Shown here: one piece after another, positions 47,875-62,584 of the stretch
Position numbering within the stretch: position 1 is the first letter of the stretch
How the letters are laid out: every line of letters begins with the position of its first letter
Source of the DNA: Macrostomum lignano
Taxonomy: Eukaryota
Direction of reading: 5' to 3'
Length of the DNA stretch: 64,000 nucleotides
Assembly: GCA_002269645.1 (NCBI GenBank)
Contig: NIVC01000475.1
Span: 326,737 to 390,736, forward strand
Position numbers and translations under genes: made by a program
The notes under the pieces: model-generated
What the model saw: the letters and a program-made list of their open reading frames with translations, nothing else
The model's database searches: none
What the model was told of the DNA's origin: nothing

Positions 47875-48738
47875 GCTGCAAGGGTTCGTTACTTGACTGG
47901 TAAAAAATAACAAAAGAATTTGAAGCAAATGTCAATTCGAAATGAAACTGTTGGCTGCAAAAACCTTTGATTCAGCTATAATTATCGTATTCGTTCTTGG
48001 AGACGATCGACTTAGCAACAAAGCTGGCCCAGCTTTTGCGTCTGGCCCATATATAGAATAAATTGATCGAGTCAGGGTTCGATTCACTGGCATGGAGCTG
48101 TACGACCCCCCCCCCCACGCAGATCTTCAAGTGAGTTTGGCAGGAAATTTAACACCGCAACGCAACACAGGAAGCATATTGCAGTGCTAATTTACATGTA
48201 CATTTTAATGGCAGATTTGAAAGGGCCTTTAAAACAATTAGGACAACTTAAGTAGATATATGTTACTTGAGTAGTCCTTGGTTTAAAAATAAACCTAGCG
48301 ATTAAAAACTTTATAGTATTAGGAAGATTTTTGACTATACCATCTATGTAGAAGACGTGCTTGATCTAGACATTTTTTCATGTTCAGTGTTTGCGTATTA
48401 GCCAACGTTTATAGTCGGGATGATCATGCAAATTGTAATCCGCATCTATTGTCAATCAATTTAAGCAAAAACGAAACACCGGCTAAGCAGCGAATTCCGT
48501 TGAACTAAGTAAACAAATTTTGAGTGAACCAGTCCTGTCGTGTGCTACGATTTTTTTACATTCATGTACCGGCGCACATTATAATTTGATTTCAGAATTA
48601 CTTTTATGCATTAAAGACTTGAAAAGCGCACAGCTTTAAACTGATATTTTTTTATAACTAGACTTTGTTTGTTTTGTTACAGCATTAAAGTAGTGCTGAA
48701 GATGTAGAATATAAATTAAAGAAAATCGCGCTCATGAA

Positions 48739-48885
<147 letters not shown>

Positions 48886-49796
48886 AGAGAAGGAAGTGAA
48901 ACAAGACAAGATGCTTTCATTTTATTTCTCATTTTTTGAATTAATCGAAAGGCGAAAAAGTGAAAGTGAGGAAGCTAGCATTTTATTAATGTCGTTAGTC
49001 GTACATCAGTGTCGAACTATGAACTTTTGACTGTCAAATCGGGTTTTTAACATTTACTTCTGTTAAACAAAACTTATATGTGCTCAAAACATTTTTGCTA
49101 GAAAAGAAAGTTTAAAAAATAAAATTTGACTGCTTAAAGTTTTTTTAATTACTTAAGTTTAAAAGCAAAAAGAATTTCGTTTTTTAGATTAACACATTTT
49201 GACTAATACAATTTCCTTGTTTCCAAGATGCAATTTCCGAAAAGTTAACCGAAATGAAGCTGAATTTATTAAGTAAGGTTCCACGGTCCATCGAATTGTC
49301 GAATCTACTAAAAAAACTAAGCAGTTAAAAATAATTGTCATCTTCCTGATACTTTTATGTTTATTTTTTACTCACTTGCCAATACTGCTAGCCTAACCTA
49401 GTTTATATTTGTTTTCGGGATTCGATTTGTGACTATGCTTCATCGTGCATGGTCAGCCATCGACTTTGGTGATAGTTATTAACTGTTTTTATTAGGATGT
49501 GCTATGTAAAAGCGTTATTAGTTTAGAAAAGGTGAACCAGCTTACGTGTTTCAAACAAGAGAAATTTCTGTTTTGCTTTTCTTTTTTTAATAAACTATCA
49601 AAGTGATTCTACTTTGCTATTGATGCAACTATTTGTCTCAGGCTTAGGTGTTTACTGTAGTAAAGCAGAAGATATTATGCTAGAATTACTAGTTACTGTA
49701 GCATTTTTAATTTAATCATTTTGTATCTAGATAATGGATCTCATTTTCAACTAATTATTATTTAAATATAATACACTGCTTCTTATACAGAAAATG

Positions 49797-49983
49797 CAGT
49801 AGCGCAACCAGAAATTTTTCAAGGGGGGGGCGGATTCTGAGGGTAAAGTCCCGGGAGGGGGGGCGGCAGAGGGGTGGCTCTGTTTTTGGCGAAAATTCAC
49901 TTGGTCCCCCCTTTGATTTTTTTTCGGTTCCCCGCCTAAGGGGGGGGGGGGGCGACCCCCCCTCCCCCCTGGTTGCGCCACTG
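49797..49983. mobile_element. hAT-like MITE, 187 bp, G-run-rich interior
   Basis: TIRs CAGTAGCGCAACCAG / CTGGTTGCGCCACTG. Perfect 8-bp TSD AGAAAATG at 49789-49796 and 49984-49991. Confidence 0.9.
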
Positions 49984-50651
49984 AGAAAATGCCAAGAGTT
50001 TAATTTATAATTTTTAGATATAAGAATTATGTTTTAAAGAATCATATACAGGTAGTTCATTTTGTCTACAAGGCTATAAATTACTTATTACTTAAAAAAC
50101 TATTTAGAATAGCTATGATTTTTTATTTTTAAACTTGCTTCTTAGAGATTATTCTACCTTGATGATTATTTATGACTAATATAGAAATCTATAAGTTAAC
50201 ATTAATCACCTAGAAGCTAACAATTTGTGTAAAAAAGTGATACTTTTTTAATTTAAAAAAAGAATAATTTTTTTGCTAGAGATAGCAGATATATCTTTAG
50301 TCAGATACATGCTATCTCTTTTAGCCAATTTCAAGTTGGCAAGTACATATATAATTTGCGTTAAGAATTGGCCAGATTGTTCAGATTATATATATAAGCC
50401 TCAAGTTAACTGGGTCTTATACTGTAAACGTATAATCTAGTAACTTACCATAAGTTTATTATTCTCTATATCCTATTTATTTAACTACTGAAACATATTT
50501 TATGTTAATATGCACTTACTGTTAATACTATTAATTATATTTTCGATTATATGCACTTTGATGCCTTTTGCTCACTGAGAGCAGCTGAGCAGGCAATTGC
50601 TTCGAATCCAAGACAAGAAACAGTAAGATTGCGTCTGCCCCAAACCTCGCA

Positions 50652-53600
50652 ATGTCCATCATCCGTTCGCTCTTCTCCTGCGTCAGCGACAGACGTCAGG
50701 GCCATCGGCGAATCTCGTCTAGTCGACTAAAATTTGGCCAGCCAGCCGGTCAGGTGTTCGGCTCCGGCCCCCTGCCGCCGCCGCTGCGCGACCTGCTGAT
50801 CCACATCGCCCGCGATGGAGTTGCAGTCTGCGACTTGTTCCGCCGGCCCGGCAACCCGGTGCAGATGCGCAAAATTATCAAATGCCTGGCGGAGGGCCGG
50901 CCAGTGGACTGGTCCGACTACAACTTCTGGACGGTGGCCAACGTGGCCAAGAAGTTCTTGCTGGCCATTCCCGACGGAGTGTTCGGCAAGACTGGCGAGG
51001 CGACCCTGCTTGGCGCGCTGGACGTCGGCGCTGGTGGCGATTCGCACGAGCACCGGGTCCGGATCATGCACGGGTGAGCGAGAGTTAAGCAAAGCTGGTT
51101 GCGGTTAGTACACAGTTTGAAATGTGTTACGTTGGCATTAGTTTGATTGAGGCAGACAGAAATTATTGATAAAACCTTACCAAGCCAAGGGCTACAATAC
51201 TCATAGTGTAGGAGCGTAATTACCCATCTAGTTATTCCCCAAAACTAGACATTCCCCTAATCTAGTAGTTTTTTAATGTAATTAAGTTTCCCAATCTAGT
51301 AATTCCCCGAATGTAGGCATTCCATTAATTTAGTAATTCCTCCAAGGTAGACATTCCCCTAATCTAGTAATTCCCCGAATGTAGGCATTCCCCTAATTTA
51401 GTAGTTCCCCGAGGGTAGACATTCCCCTACTCTAGTAGTTCCCCGAAGGTATAACCATTCTTTAAACTAGTAGTTCCCTGAAGGTAATTAAGTCCCCCAA
51501 TCTAGTAATTCCCCGAATGTAGACATTCCCCTAATCTAGTTATTCCCCAAAAGTAATACATTCCCCTAATCTAGTTATTCCCCAAAAGTAATACATTCCC
51601 CTAATCTAGTAGTTTCCCGAAGGTGGACATTCCCCTATTCTAGTTATTCCCCAAAAGTAATACATTCCCCTAATCTAGTAGTTTCCCGAAGGTAGACATT
51701 CCCCTAATCTAGTTATTCCCTGGAACTTAGACAAAAAATCTAATATTTTCAAGTTTCGAGTTCAATTTAACGCGCTTCAACTTGTTTGCTAAAATATCTC
51801 AACACCATCTGCAGCCTGTTTGAATCAGCATGTGGGGGCTGTGCCTGTCAATTTAGCTCGTTCCCCAGCATCAGGCAATGATGCTAAGATTTGCGTCATT
51901 GTGTGGTTTGCTGTGTGAACTGCTGGGGTGCTTAAGCCTAGACTAGACTAGATTGCTTTAGTTTGGCTGAATCTTCACTTTCTAACCTGGGCCGTCACCG
52001 CCGCCCGCCCACCGCTTCGGCCGCTTTAGCGTGCCAAGAATTGCTGCAGGTTTGTGTCAGAAATCCAAACACAACTGTTTATAACATTGACCAGCAAGGC
52101 AGTGAAGTTAGAAGAAGATCTAAGGAGAAATGTGAAGTTCATTGAGGTCACCAGTTTTACTTATCGTGTCTGGTTTTAGCCAAGCATTCGCAGGTTTATG
52201 TTCACACTAGTTTAATAAACTGAATTATAAAACTTTATTAGCATAATTTCGCTTGATTTAAACCGCAAACTAAAGCTGGCCTCGTCTGACAGATTCGTGA
52301 ATGTACATTTTAGATTTAAATATTCTGTGAAAGATTCAATAAGTTCGCTTAGCAGTCCATATGCAGATAACAGAGCTGCACCTGGCGGAGACTTCAGCTC
52401 TGATAGATCTACCGTACCCGTATGCTTAACTAATGTAGCTTCTCTCCACTTCTGGTTACCTAACAACGTGGGTGTTCGTTAGAGAGAAAATCTCTCTCTT
52501 TCTGTATCGCATACCTTTTAAGGTAGCATTTTTTGGTGGCATAGTTAATTAATATGATTTCCCGTTTCCACATTAATAATATACGGCAATAGTTTCTCTG
52601 ACTTTAATTAAATTGGCTCTAGATGCCTGTGAGACTTTTGCTGCCGAAATTTTCATATTGCATTCAATATTTATATGACGATTGAAAGGTCGGGGGTTCG
52701 ATTCTCGACCCACTCGGAACAATTTGTGTCTTTGAGCAAAACACTGAAATTGCTTCAATTCACCCAGCTGTAAAATGGGTGCCAGCATTAGCTGGGGTAA
52801 TTGAGGGTGTGTGGCGACCCCCCCCCCCAGTCCTTGGACTGAACAGCCGTACGCAGCCTTCAGATGCTACGCGCAATGGCTGCGGCAGAGCTGTCGGTTG
52901 TACATCTGCCTATTAGGGCAGGTGTAATTAAATATCATTAGTATTATAATTCAAAATATTCTTGCGGTCTTAATCCAAGTCTGTTCAACTTTACTGTGCT
53001 TTCATTTCGAGTTATCTCGTCCCTCCCCCCCAATGTACATTCCGAGTTATCTCAGTCCCCCCCCCCAATGTACATTCCGAGTTATCTCAGCCCTCCCCCC
53101 CAATGTACATTCCGTGTTATCTCAGCCCTCTCCATAATGTACATTCCGTGTTATCTCAGCCCTCTCTCCAATGTACATTCCGTGTTATCTCGGCCCTCTC
53201 CCCAATGTACATTCCGTGTTATCTCGTCCCTCTCCCCAATGTACATTCCGTGTTATCTCGTCCCTCTCCCGAATGTATACATTCCGTGTTATCTCGGCCC
53301 TCTCCCCAATGTACATTCCGTGTTATCTCGGTCCTATCCCTGATGTACATTCTGTGTTATCTCGGTCCTACCCCTGATATACATTATGTGTTTCTTATCT
53401 GGGCCCCGCTATGTACACTTTGTGTTGTATATTAATAAACAGTATTCGAAGGCAGAAAACGGATGAGTTTCTTGCATTTGCTTTCTAGCAAAATGCCTAA
53501 AAAGCCTGATTGATGAACACAGGTAGGGTGTTCCTGGCTACGCCTTTTCTTTGCTACAATAAATTGGGGTTTGGGAGCTACGGCACCCTCCTAGCTGGCG

Positions 53601-56600
53601 GAAACCCGAGAACGTTAAGGGTGGGGCCTCAGAGCTATTGTGGTTTCACAGGCCTCTTGCCATACGGTAGACCTGCGTTATCGTCTTCTCAGTTAATGAG
53701 CTGGCTTCCTATGAGGATCCGATGGCAGTATCTTATCTCACTGCATTGCTCCTCGGGAATTGTTCTTCTCAACAGCCCTTGAAGCTCCCGCGCGGTAGAA
53801 ACTTAACGAAGCAAGCGGCAATGAGGATGAAGCAGTGGAGTTTGACAGCATAGAACCAATAGAGTATCTTGGGGGGGGGTTTTATTGTAGAAAGAATATA
53901 GCGCGCTGTTGCTATTACGTAATCGGTTTCCTGGAAAAGCTGTGGCAATTCCAAGCGATTGCGTCATCTATTATTGGGATGCCAAACTAGATTCTGCAGG
54001 CCCAGGCTTTGCCATATTTATCATGAGGTGAATTGACTGTGTTGTATTCTCCTGCAAAGGTCACGGCCCAGCTGCCCGGATGCAGCATCATCTTTTGACC
54101 TCGTTTAGCCAATGTTATTATTCCGTAGCCTTCCTGCTTAGCAATCGAAAACAAGAAGACTTGCAAGACTATGAGCTTTGAGTCATCTTTATATTGATTT
54201 GGGTAGGCTTGGCTTTCAATGTAGGCTTCTGCCTGAGGTCATCTGCCACGCCCCTAGAGGTCACTGGGCCCTAGTAGTCAGTAGGAGGTCACTTGATCCC
54301 CTAGGAGTCTGTCGAAGTTAACTCAACCCCCCATAAATCCATTGGAGGTCACCTGACCTCTGGTCCTTTGACCTCCAGTAGTCAATCGAAAGTCACCTGA
54401 CCCCCCAGTAGTTCATCGGAGGTCACCTAACCCCGAGTAGTCCATAGGAGGTCACCTGACCCCCCAGTAGTCCATCGGAGGTCACCTAACCCCGAGTAGT
54501 CCATAGGAGGTCACCTGACCCCCCCCAGTAGTCCATTTGAGATCACGTGACCCCAAGAGGTTTATCAGGGTCAACATTGCTTTTAATGCTACTCCATCCG
54601 CCCCCCCCCCAATCGCAGGGTGATTGCCAGTCAGCCCCTGGCAGTGCAGCAGCTTCTGGCCCTGCTATTCGGCATCTGGTTCCGCATGATCTACCACACC
54701 GACGTGAACTCCATGTCCGTGGAGGCTGTCGCCAAGAGCGTTGCCGGTTCAATGTTCCACTCGTGCACAGACGATCCTAGAAAAGTAAGGCGTTTGGTTA
54801 TTCAGAAATACTCACTGGGCTGAGCTTAAGAGATCACTCGACCACTATTAGTCAGATACTGTAGGAGGTCACCTGACCCCTAGTAGTCAGATACTGTAGA
54901 GGTCACGAGACCCCTAATAGTCAGATACTGTAGAGGTCACCTGACCCCCTAATTGCCAGATACTGTAGGAGGTCACCTGACCCCTAATAGTCAGATACTG
55001 TAGGAGGTCACGTGACCCCTAATAGTCAGATACTGTAGGAGGTCACGTGACCCCTAATAGTCAGATACTGTAGGAGGTCACGTGACCCCTAATAGTCAGA
55101 TACTGTAGGAGGTCACGTGACCCCTAATAGTCAGATACTGTAGGACGTCACCTGACCCCTACCAGTTAGATACTGTAGGAGATAATCTACAGTAATAATA
55201 ATAATTCTATATCCCCTATATTAAGGTGGAACGCGCCTCAAAAGTGATGGAGCTGCTGATCTCCGGATTCGCTTCCGAGGACCTGTTCGGCTCTGAGCTG
55301 ATTGAGTACTTCACCAGCACCACCGGCACCTCCATCAACCGCAGCCAACTGTACGCCTACGAGGTCAGCTACCCGCCCAGCATGTCTCGTAAGTTTCTTT
55401 CTTCTTTTTTTCTGTGCCAACACTCTATTTCATTAATTCTGAAACAGACAGGATATTTAGGAGATTAGGCGACAAAATAAACCTTGCCTATTTAATTAGA
55501 AATGCTTTTTTTCACACTCTACATCACATACTCTCGCTTCACCCTCTCACTTCATCCCTCTCCCTGCATTCCTCTCCTTCACCCTTCTCCCTTCATCTCT
55601 CTTTCTTTACCCTTCTACCTTCATCTTTCTTCCTTCACCCTTCTCCCTTCATCCCTCTCCCTTCACCCTTCTCCTTTCATCTCTCTCCTTTCACCCTTCT
55701 CCCTTCATCTTTCTCCATTCATCTCTCTCCCTTCATCTCTCTCCCTTCATCTCTCTCCCTTCATCTCTCTCCCTTCATCTCTCTCCCTTCATCTCTCTCC
55801 CTTCATCTCTCTCCCTTCACCTCTCTCCCTTCACCTCTCTCCCTTCATCTAGCTCCCTCATCCATCTCCCTTTATCTCTCTCCCTTGATCTCTGTCCCTC
55901 ATCCATCTCCCTTCATCTCTCTCCCCTCATCCATCTCCCTTCATCTAGCTCCCTCATCCATCTCCCTTCATCTCTCTCCCTCATCCATCTCCCTTCATCT
56001 AGCTCTCCATCTAGCTCCCTCATCTCTCTCCCTTCATCTCTCTCTCTTCACCCCCCAACCTTTTTCCTTCATCTCCTTTCTCCCTGCCCCCAGCCACACC
56101 CCCTGCTGATGGATTTCCCGCTACAATTTGAATACTGTTCGTGCGTCCTGCAGTTTGCTACACAATGAAACGCACAAGGGTTTGAAGAAAAAGACACAGA
56201 CGGCCTTCTCTCGGGGATCCGACAGTTTTCCTTTTTTAACAAAATGACGTCTGGTCGCAAAAATTTTGTCCATCAAAACAAAAAATACAAAAATATACCA
56301 GCCAGGGCCACTCGGGCAGGTTAAAAATGCGGCAGACTTATGAAGTCCAAAGGAAGAAAATTCTGTTTTTGCCCTGCTTTTGACAGCCGCCCAAATTGAC
56401 TTGTAAAGATTTCACGAAACGGGGACGCGAATCTACTCAATTATCTGGACTTTATTAGTACATCTTGCTGCTCGAGAAATAGATTGTAAGGCATAATAAA
56501 CTCTCCTATCTCCGATGTAAACAGCTCGATATTAAAAGTGCTTTCTTTAATCTTCTCTATCTGTCCTAAGCTTCTTGCCCCCGACAGCTGGGCGGCTGTG

Positions 56601-59600
56601 TCTTTAGTGTCACGGGGGGGGGCTTCGAGAGAGACAGGACAAGGATGAAGAAAGTTAGCTCTGCAAATAATCAAGATAGATGGCTGCGTGCACTTACTGG
56701 GTCTGGCGGGTCCACTTGACCTCTTGTGTGTTTTTTCTCTGAAATGACTTTGAGTAGTTTACTCAAGGCTCTTGTAGTAGATGGATTTTGTAGATGGACT
56801 TTGACTTAAGCACCGGCTTTTCTTGGGGGGTTTTACGCTAATTCCTTGTTCTCAGATCCTCAGTTGCTGGGCCAGCCTCCCAGATCCTCAGTTGCTGGGC
56901 CAGCCTCCCAGATCCTCAGTTGATGAGCCAGCCTCCCAGAACCTCAGTTGCTGAGCCAGCCTCCCAGATTTTCAGTTGCTGGGCCAGCCTCCCAGAACCT
57001 CAGTTGCTGGGCCAGCCTCCCAGAACCTCAGTTGCTGGGCCAGCCTCCCAGATCCTCAGTTGCTGGGCCAGCCTCCCAGATCCTCAGTTGCTGGGCCAGC
57101 CTCCCAGATCCTCAGTTGATGAGCCAGCCTCCCAGAACCTCAGTTGCTGAGCCAGCCTCCCAGATTTTCAGTTGCTGGGCCAGCCTCCCAGAACCTCAGT
57201 TGCTGGGCCAGCCTCCCAGAACCTCAGTTGCTGGGCCAGCCTCCCAGATCCTCAGTTGCTGGGCCAACCCCCCAGATCCTCAGTTGCTGGGCCAGTCTCC
57301 CAGATCCTCAGTTGCTGGGCCAGCCTCCCAGATCCTCAGTTGCTGGGCCAGTCTCCCAGATCCTCAGTTGCTGGGCCAGCCTCCCAGATTCTCAGTTGCT
57401 GGGCCAGCCTCCTAGATCCTCAGTTGCTGGGCCAACCCCCCAGATCCTCAGTTGCTGGGCCAGCCTCTTAGATGCTCAGTTGCTGGGCCAGTCTCCCAGA
57501 TCCTCAGTTGCTGGGCCAGCCTCTTAGATGCTCAGTTGCTGGGCCAGCCTCTTAGATGCTCAGTTGCTGGGCCAGCCTCTTAGATGCTCAGTTGCTGGGC
57601 CAACCCCCCAGATCCTCAGTTGCTGGGCCAGCCTCTTAGATGCTCAGTTGCTGGGCCAACCCCCCAGATCCTCAGTTGCTGGGCCAGTCTCCCAGATCCT
57701 CAGTTGCTGGGCCAGCCTCCCAGATCCTCAGTTGCTGGGCCAACCCCCCAGATCCTCAGTTGCTGGGCCAACCCCCCAGATCCTCAGTTGCTGGGCCAAC
57801 CCCCCAGATCCTCAGTTGCTGGGCCCGCTCGCAGCACCAGTGTAGGCAGAGTCAGCTGATGGCCTGTTAGGCAAGCTTACAATGAAGCCGCGATCGCCCC
57901 CCAGGCCAGCGGGCAATGCAGCTGTTTGCCGAAATTCTGACTGCCGAGTCTCAGAAGCGCGGCTTTCACATAATCAGCGATGGTAAAGCTTTTGGTTTTA
58001 TTTTTAGCGCGCACCTGTCACTTTTGTGTCTGGAACCGGTAATTGGTTTACAGCCTTTGCAGCTTCTTCAAGACAGCACTCCGTGTCTCTTTATCATTCT
58101 TAAGACGTATTCTTTCTGTAGAGATAGTTGCTTATAAATTTATTGGACAGTTGAATGATACTACTCTTTCCAGTAGAGTTATTTGCGCAGGAGAATAATA
58201 TTAATTTTTTATTGCGAGTATAACTGGTGCTGAGATATTGAGAGTTGCACATGGTTTCGTCGTGTTTAGCACTGGGCCTCCAGCCCGACACTTTAGATAT
58301 TAAGCGATAAAAAGGTACACACTAGATACACTGTTGTCAGTAGACTACTTTTTGCCTTATTGAAATATTTTTAATTTATCTAGCCAAGATAATGCACCAA
58401 TTTGATTTCTCTTTTTGGTGTTGTTTTTTGTCAAAATTTTCCGTTAATACTCGTAATATGTGGTTTAAATAACAAGTAAAATTATACACGCATAGCTCAG
58501 CCTAATGTCTAAAATACAATGCTTTTTTCGCCTCATACACTTGTTCAGCTATCTCGGAGGCGCAGTTCAAGAACGTTATGCGAGACGGCCTTGAGAATTA
58601 TCGCGGTGCCGCGTTTGGTAAGTTTGCAGTCTTTGGAACTGGAAGCTTCAATTCTATAAATAGTATCTGGCGTTATGAGCAAGAATCGACTCTAAAAATA
58701 GAATATGACATCATGATAGTGTTGATTCTAAAAATAGCAACTGACGTCGTGTACAAGCTTCGGTTCTAATAATAGCATCGGACGGCATGTACAAGCTTCG
58801 GTTCTAAAAATAGTGTCTGACGTCATGTAGAAGCTTGGGATCTAAAAATAGCATCTGATTCATTTTCCGACTTTCCGACTTCCGACTTTATTTAGAAGTT
58901 TTTTCCTCTTCTAAAATCATCACGATCCGTTCCTCCCTCCGCCAAACCACCCACCAGACGTGACTCCGACCCTCATCACCGAGTACGCCTCGCTGCAGCC
59001 TCCCATGAACCCATCGCTAGCCAACGCCAACTCAAACGCCGTAGACCGGGCCAACCCTAACAGCCTGTTCGGCCCGAGTGACTCGCTGTCCGTGTACAGC
59101 ATGCAGTCGGACATCACCGCCTTTCAGCGGACAAAACCGCCGCTGTCTCCTCAGCTGCAGCAGCAGCAGCCGTCGCAGCAGCCGCCACTGCCACCGGCTC
59201 CACCCTCGCTCTCCACCCTGCCGATGTCAGTTGGAATTCGTAGAGTAAGTGGCACTTTGTGGCTGTGCACGCTCAAAGGATTGCATTAGTGTTCAGCTTT
59301 TCTAAGAATTTATAAGCAATCGCCTACTGATGAGTAGCAAGGGAAGGGTTTTTTACTCGCCTAGGTCGCGAGTTCGAGTCTCACTTTTTTATGAGGACCC
59401 GTCAAATTACTTAAGGTTTTGGGTAAAAATTCTCACTCATTTGAAAAAAGCAAAAAACTGTTTGGCTTCTCGTATTGTTTCAAACTTTGCATAGGCCTTG
59501 CTTTCAACTTGACTCATTTTTGTTTAATAGCTAATCCCTTCTGAAACTTAGAGGAAAACACAATTTTAACTGACCTATGATTGCCATATAAAGCAGCGTT

Positions 59601-61618
59601 TCTGGTTTTGCTTACTATTGTTCCCTAAACGTTTTTTTTAAAGTTGCATACATTAGACATTCATACTCCCTGCATGCTACTGCGATCAGTTATGCTCAAT
59701 CAGTAGTGTGTTGCACGTGCAATAGCAAATCCGTACTGAATTTAATTTCATATGCAAATTAATCCATGCAAATGCGTTATATACTACTTTACCCGTTTCT
59801 CCAGTCCTCCAGTGCCTGTCTGTGCCTCCAGTTAGTGTTGATGAGGATGATGATGTTGTTGCTGATGTTGCCCAGCATCCGGCACGCTGCTGCCACTCGG
59901 AATTGGTAACTCGATTTTAACAAAAAAAACAAGTTTTCAACAAAGCTTGTTAATTCCAGCTTTTAACCCGCAGCGCTTTTAGTCTGCACGCTTGCTGAGT
60001 GAAAAAAACAAATATTAATTATGAGTATTAGCTAATATTCCAGCGATTTAACTAGCCGCTTAATTAATAACCCACAGTCTGATAAGTTATGCATAGCAAT
60101 GCTTTCTGTTGATAATTTTGTAGCCTCTTCAATAAAAATACGTCGCATAAACTCTTTAATTAATAATGCTAACAGTAGTTTACTAACGTAAAGTAAGTTA
60201 TAAACATTTGTCTGACATGTTTTATACGGTCCGAAATCAATTCAGAATTTTTCCGTTTCGTTTCAGAAGTATTAATTTTTTTATTTTAATCAAAGATTAA
60301 CTTTATCAGATTCTTTAAACTGTTTTGCTTCGTATGCAGTCTAATAATTTATGAGCTAACTTCATCCACTACTAGGCCTGATTGTTAACTCCAATCTTCA
60401 CCCACCCCACTCTTTCACCCAACCCACTCCTTCACCCACCCACTCCTTCACCCACCCACTCCTTCCCCATCCCACTCATTCACCCACCCCACTCCTTCCC
60501 CCACCCCACTCATTCACCCACCCCACTCCTTCACCCACCCCACTCCTTCACCCACCCACTCCTTCACCACCCCACTCCTTCCCCCACCCACTCCTTCCCC
60601 CACCCCACTCATTCACCCACCCCGCTCCTTCACCCACGCCATCCTTCCCCATCCCACTCCTTCCCCCATCCCACTCATTCACCCACCCCACTCCTTCCCC
60701 CCCCCACTCCTTCACCCACCCACTCCTTCACCCACCCACTCCTTCCCCCACCCCACTCCTTCCCCACCCACTCATTCACCCACCCCGCTCCTTCACCCAC
60801 GCCACCCTTTCACCCACCTACCTTCAGTCACCCCACTACTTCCCACCCCCATACTTCCCCACCCCACTCCCACACCCACTCCACCACACTCTACCCCCAC
60901 CTCACTCCTTCCCCCACCTCACTACCATCACCCACCTCACTCTTTCACCTCGCCCGCCAACCATGTCAACACAGAGATGAAAGCAAAGACAAAAAACAAT
61001 GATTCACAACGCTTCACAGATAGTTGCGCTTCTCGATTCAGTGATTAAAAATGTCCATATTTGCTACTTAAAAGCAATCAGTAGCAAGCAGTGCTTATAA
61101 ACAGTATTATCATTTAAATTCGAATTAAGGCAAGCGAAGGCCAGCATCAGCAGCAGTCGAAGGACACCACAGCGGTGGCGGACCCAGCCGCCTTCCCCAG
61201 TCGGTGCTGCACCAGCGCACCCCGTCGGGCAGGTTCAACTCAGTGAAGCGCCGGCAGCTGCAGCAGCTGGCCAGGCGAACCCGCTGGTTCATGTCCTCCT
61301 CGGCTGGCGACCGGCGATCTCGACGATTTCGAGTCCGACGAAATCGACAGCTTCGTCGATGGTGGCCGCGCGTTGGACTCGACGGCTTCTGCGGCGGTGG
61401 TTTTAGAGAGGCCGCTGCTGCACAGTTTCTACAGCCTACCGTCAGCACAGGAGCAGCAACAGCAGCAACAGCAGCAACAGCAGTTAGCTGAGCCACAGGT
61501 CCAGCAGACTCCCGACCTTCAGCAACAACAGCAGCAGCAGCCGCTGTGCTCGAGTCCAGCTTTGATCACCGAGCAGCGCTACTTCCTGGTGAACCGGAAC
61601 TATGGAACTGACTCTTAG
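50652..61618 (+). CDS. RhoGAP-domain protein with low-complexity, poly-Q C-terminus; exons 50652-51073, 54619-54784, 55226-55388, 57905-57982, 58958-59244, 59813-59905, 61201-61618 (apparent 1-nt frameshift near 61311)
   Basis: [26 protein letters not shown] (Arg finger), [31 protein letters not shown]. Splice phases are compatible. The GAP exons are strong; the later exons are less certain. Confidence 0.8.
51230..51725. repeat. ~34-bp minisatellite (attcccctaatctagtagttccccgaaggtagac-like)
   Basis: Directly visible degenerate tandem copies. Confidence 0.85.
52680..52860 (+). mobile_element. tRNA-derived SINE fragment with CORE/V-like central domain
   Basis: B-box-like ggttcgattc followed by gtgtctttgagcaaaacact..cacccagctgtaaaatggg, resembling the conserved central domains of CORE/V-type SINEs. 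Confidence 0.55.
53010..53390. repeat. 34-bp minisatellite (ccaatgtacattccgtgttatctcggccctctcc)
   Basis: Directly visible. Confidence 0.9.
54290..55180. repeat. Two related arrays with core gaggtcac(c/g)tgacccc (~28-bp units at 54290-54560; 35-bp units at 54850-55180) flanking RhoGAP exon 2
   Basis: Directly visible. The 35-bp period was confirmed at 54981/55016/55051. Confidence 0.88.
55520..56100. repeat. Pyrimidine-rich ~14-bp repeat (ccttcatctctctc)n
   Basis: Directly visible. Confidence 0.9.
56850..57825. repeat. 28-bp minisatellite (cctcagttgctgggccagcctcccagat) x ~35
   Basis: Directly visible. Confidence 0.95.
58700..58860. repeat. ~39-bp degenerate repeat x ~4 (tctaaaaatag..tgacgtc..tacaagcttcggt)
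   Basis: Visible imperfect copies. Confidence 0.7.
60400..60950. repeat. C-rich repeat (cacccaccccactccttc-like)
   Basis: Directly visible. Confidence 0.9.
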
Positions 61619-62315
61619 CTGAAGTCCCCCCCCTAGCCTTTGACACTGTTCAATCAAATAAGTTGTTCGAGCTCATCTAGATGTTCAATCTGACCTTCGA
61701 GACCTTTAACAGGAGGTATTTGGATGAAAAAGAGTTTATATAAAAATTTGCTGTCTGTTTCTGTTTCAGTACTAGAAGTAGTGCTGTTGGCAAGCGTTTT
61801 TTATTCCACAAATTTTATCTATAAGCGGATTGCTAGTCTAACTGTATGCTATCGTAGATTAGCAATCCATTCTAATTTAACAGACAGTCTTACTAAATGA
61901 GTACATTATTTATTGTATGTGCAATATGATTCACTTCCAAATTTCATTTAATTTTGCTTTCCTGTACATAAAAATGCATGAATTCATTGCTTGTTATTCA
62001 TCATTTTAACTGGTACAGTTTTTAGCTTATGTTCTTTTTTACTGAAATCCAGCACTAACAATCAGAACTGATCAATGCACCTCTGCTGTTTCTATGCATA
62101 TCCGTCTCTCTTCACACACTGCAAGCATTCCGGAGTCTTTGATTCTGATAATCCACTTCTTCTAGCACTTCTCTGTGAGTGTTGGCAATGGAATTGAGCT
62201 TTGTGATATTGATTTATTTGGATTTCCTCTTTGGTTGTTGGAGCCCAAGTTCTGAAGACCTTTTGTTTAACTGGAAATGTAAATGGTTAATGTGTTATTT
62301 AGTAAACACTAAAAT

Positions 62316-62584
<269 letters not shown>

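Noticed and set aside
59335-59400. B-box-like gagttcgagtctc, possible tRNA gene
   Set aside because: No cloverleaf could be formed. At most it is a SINE remnant.
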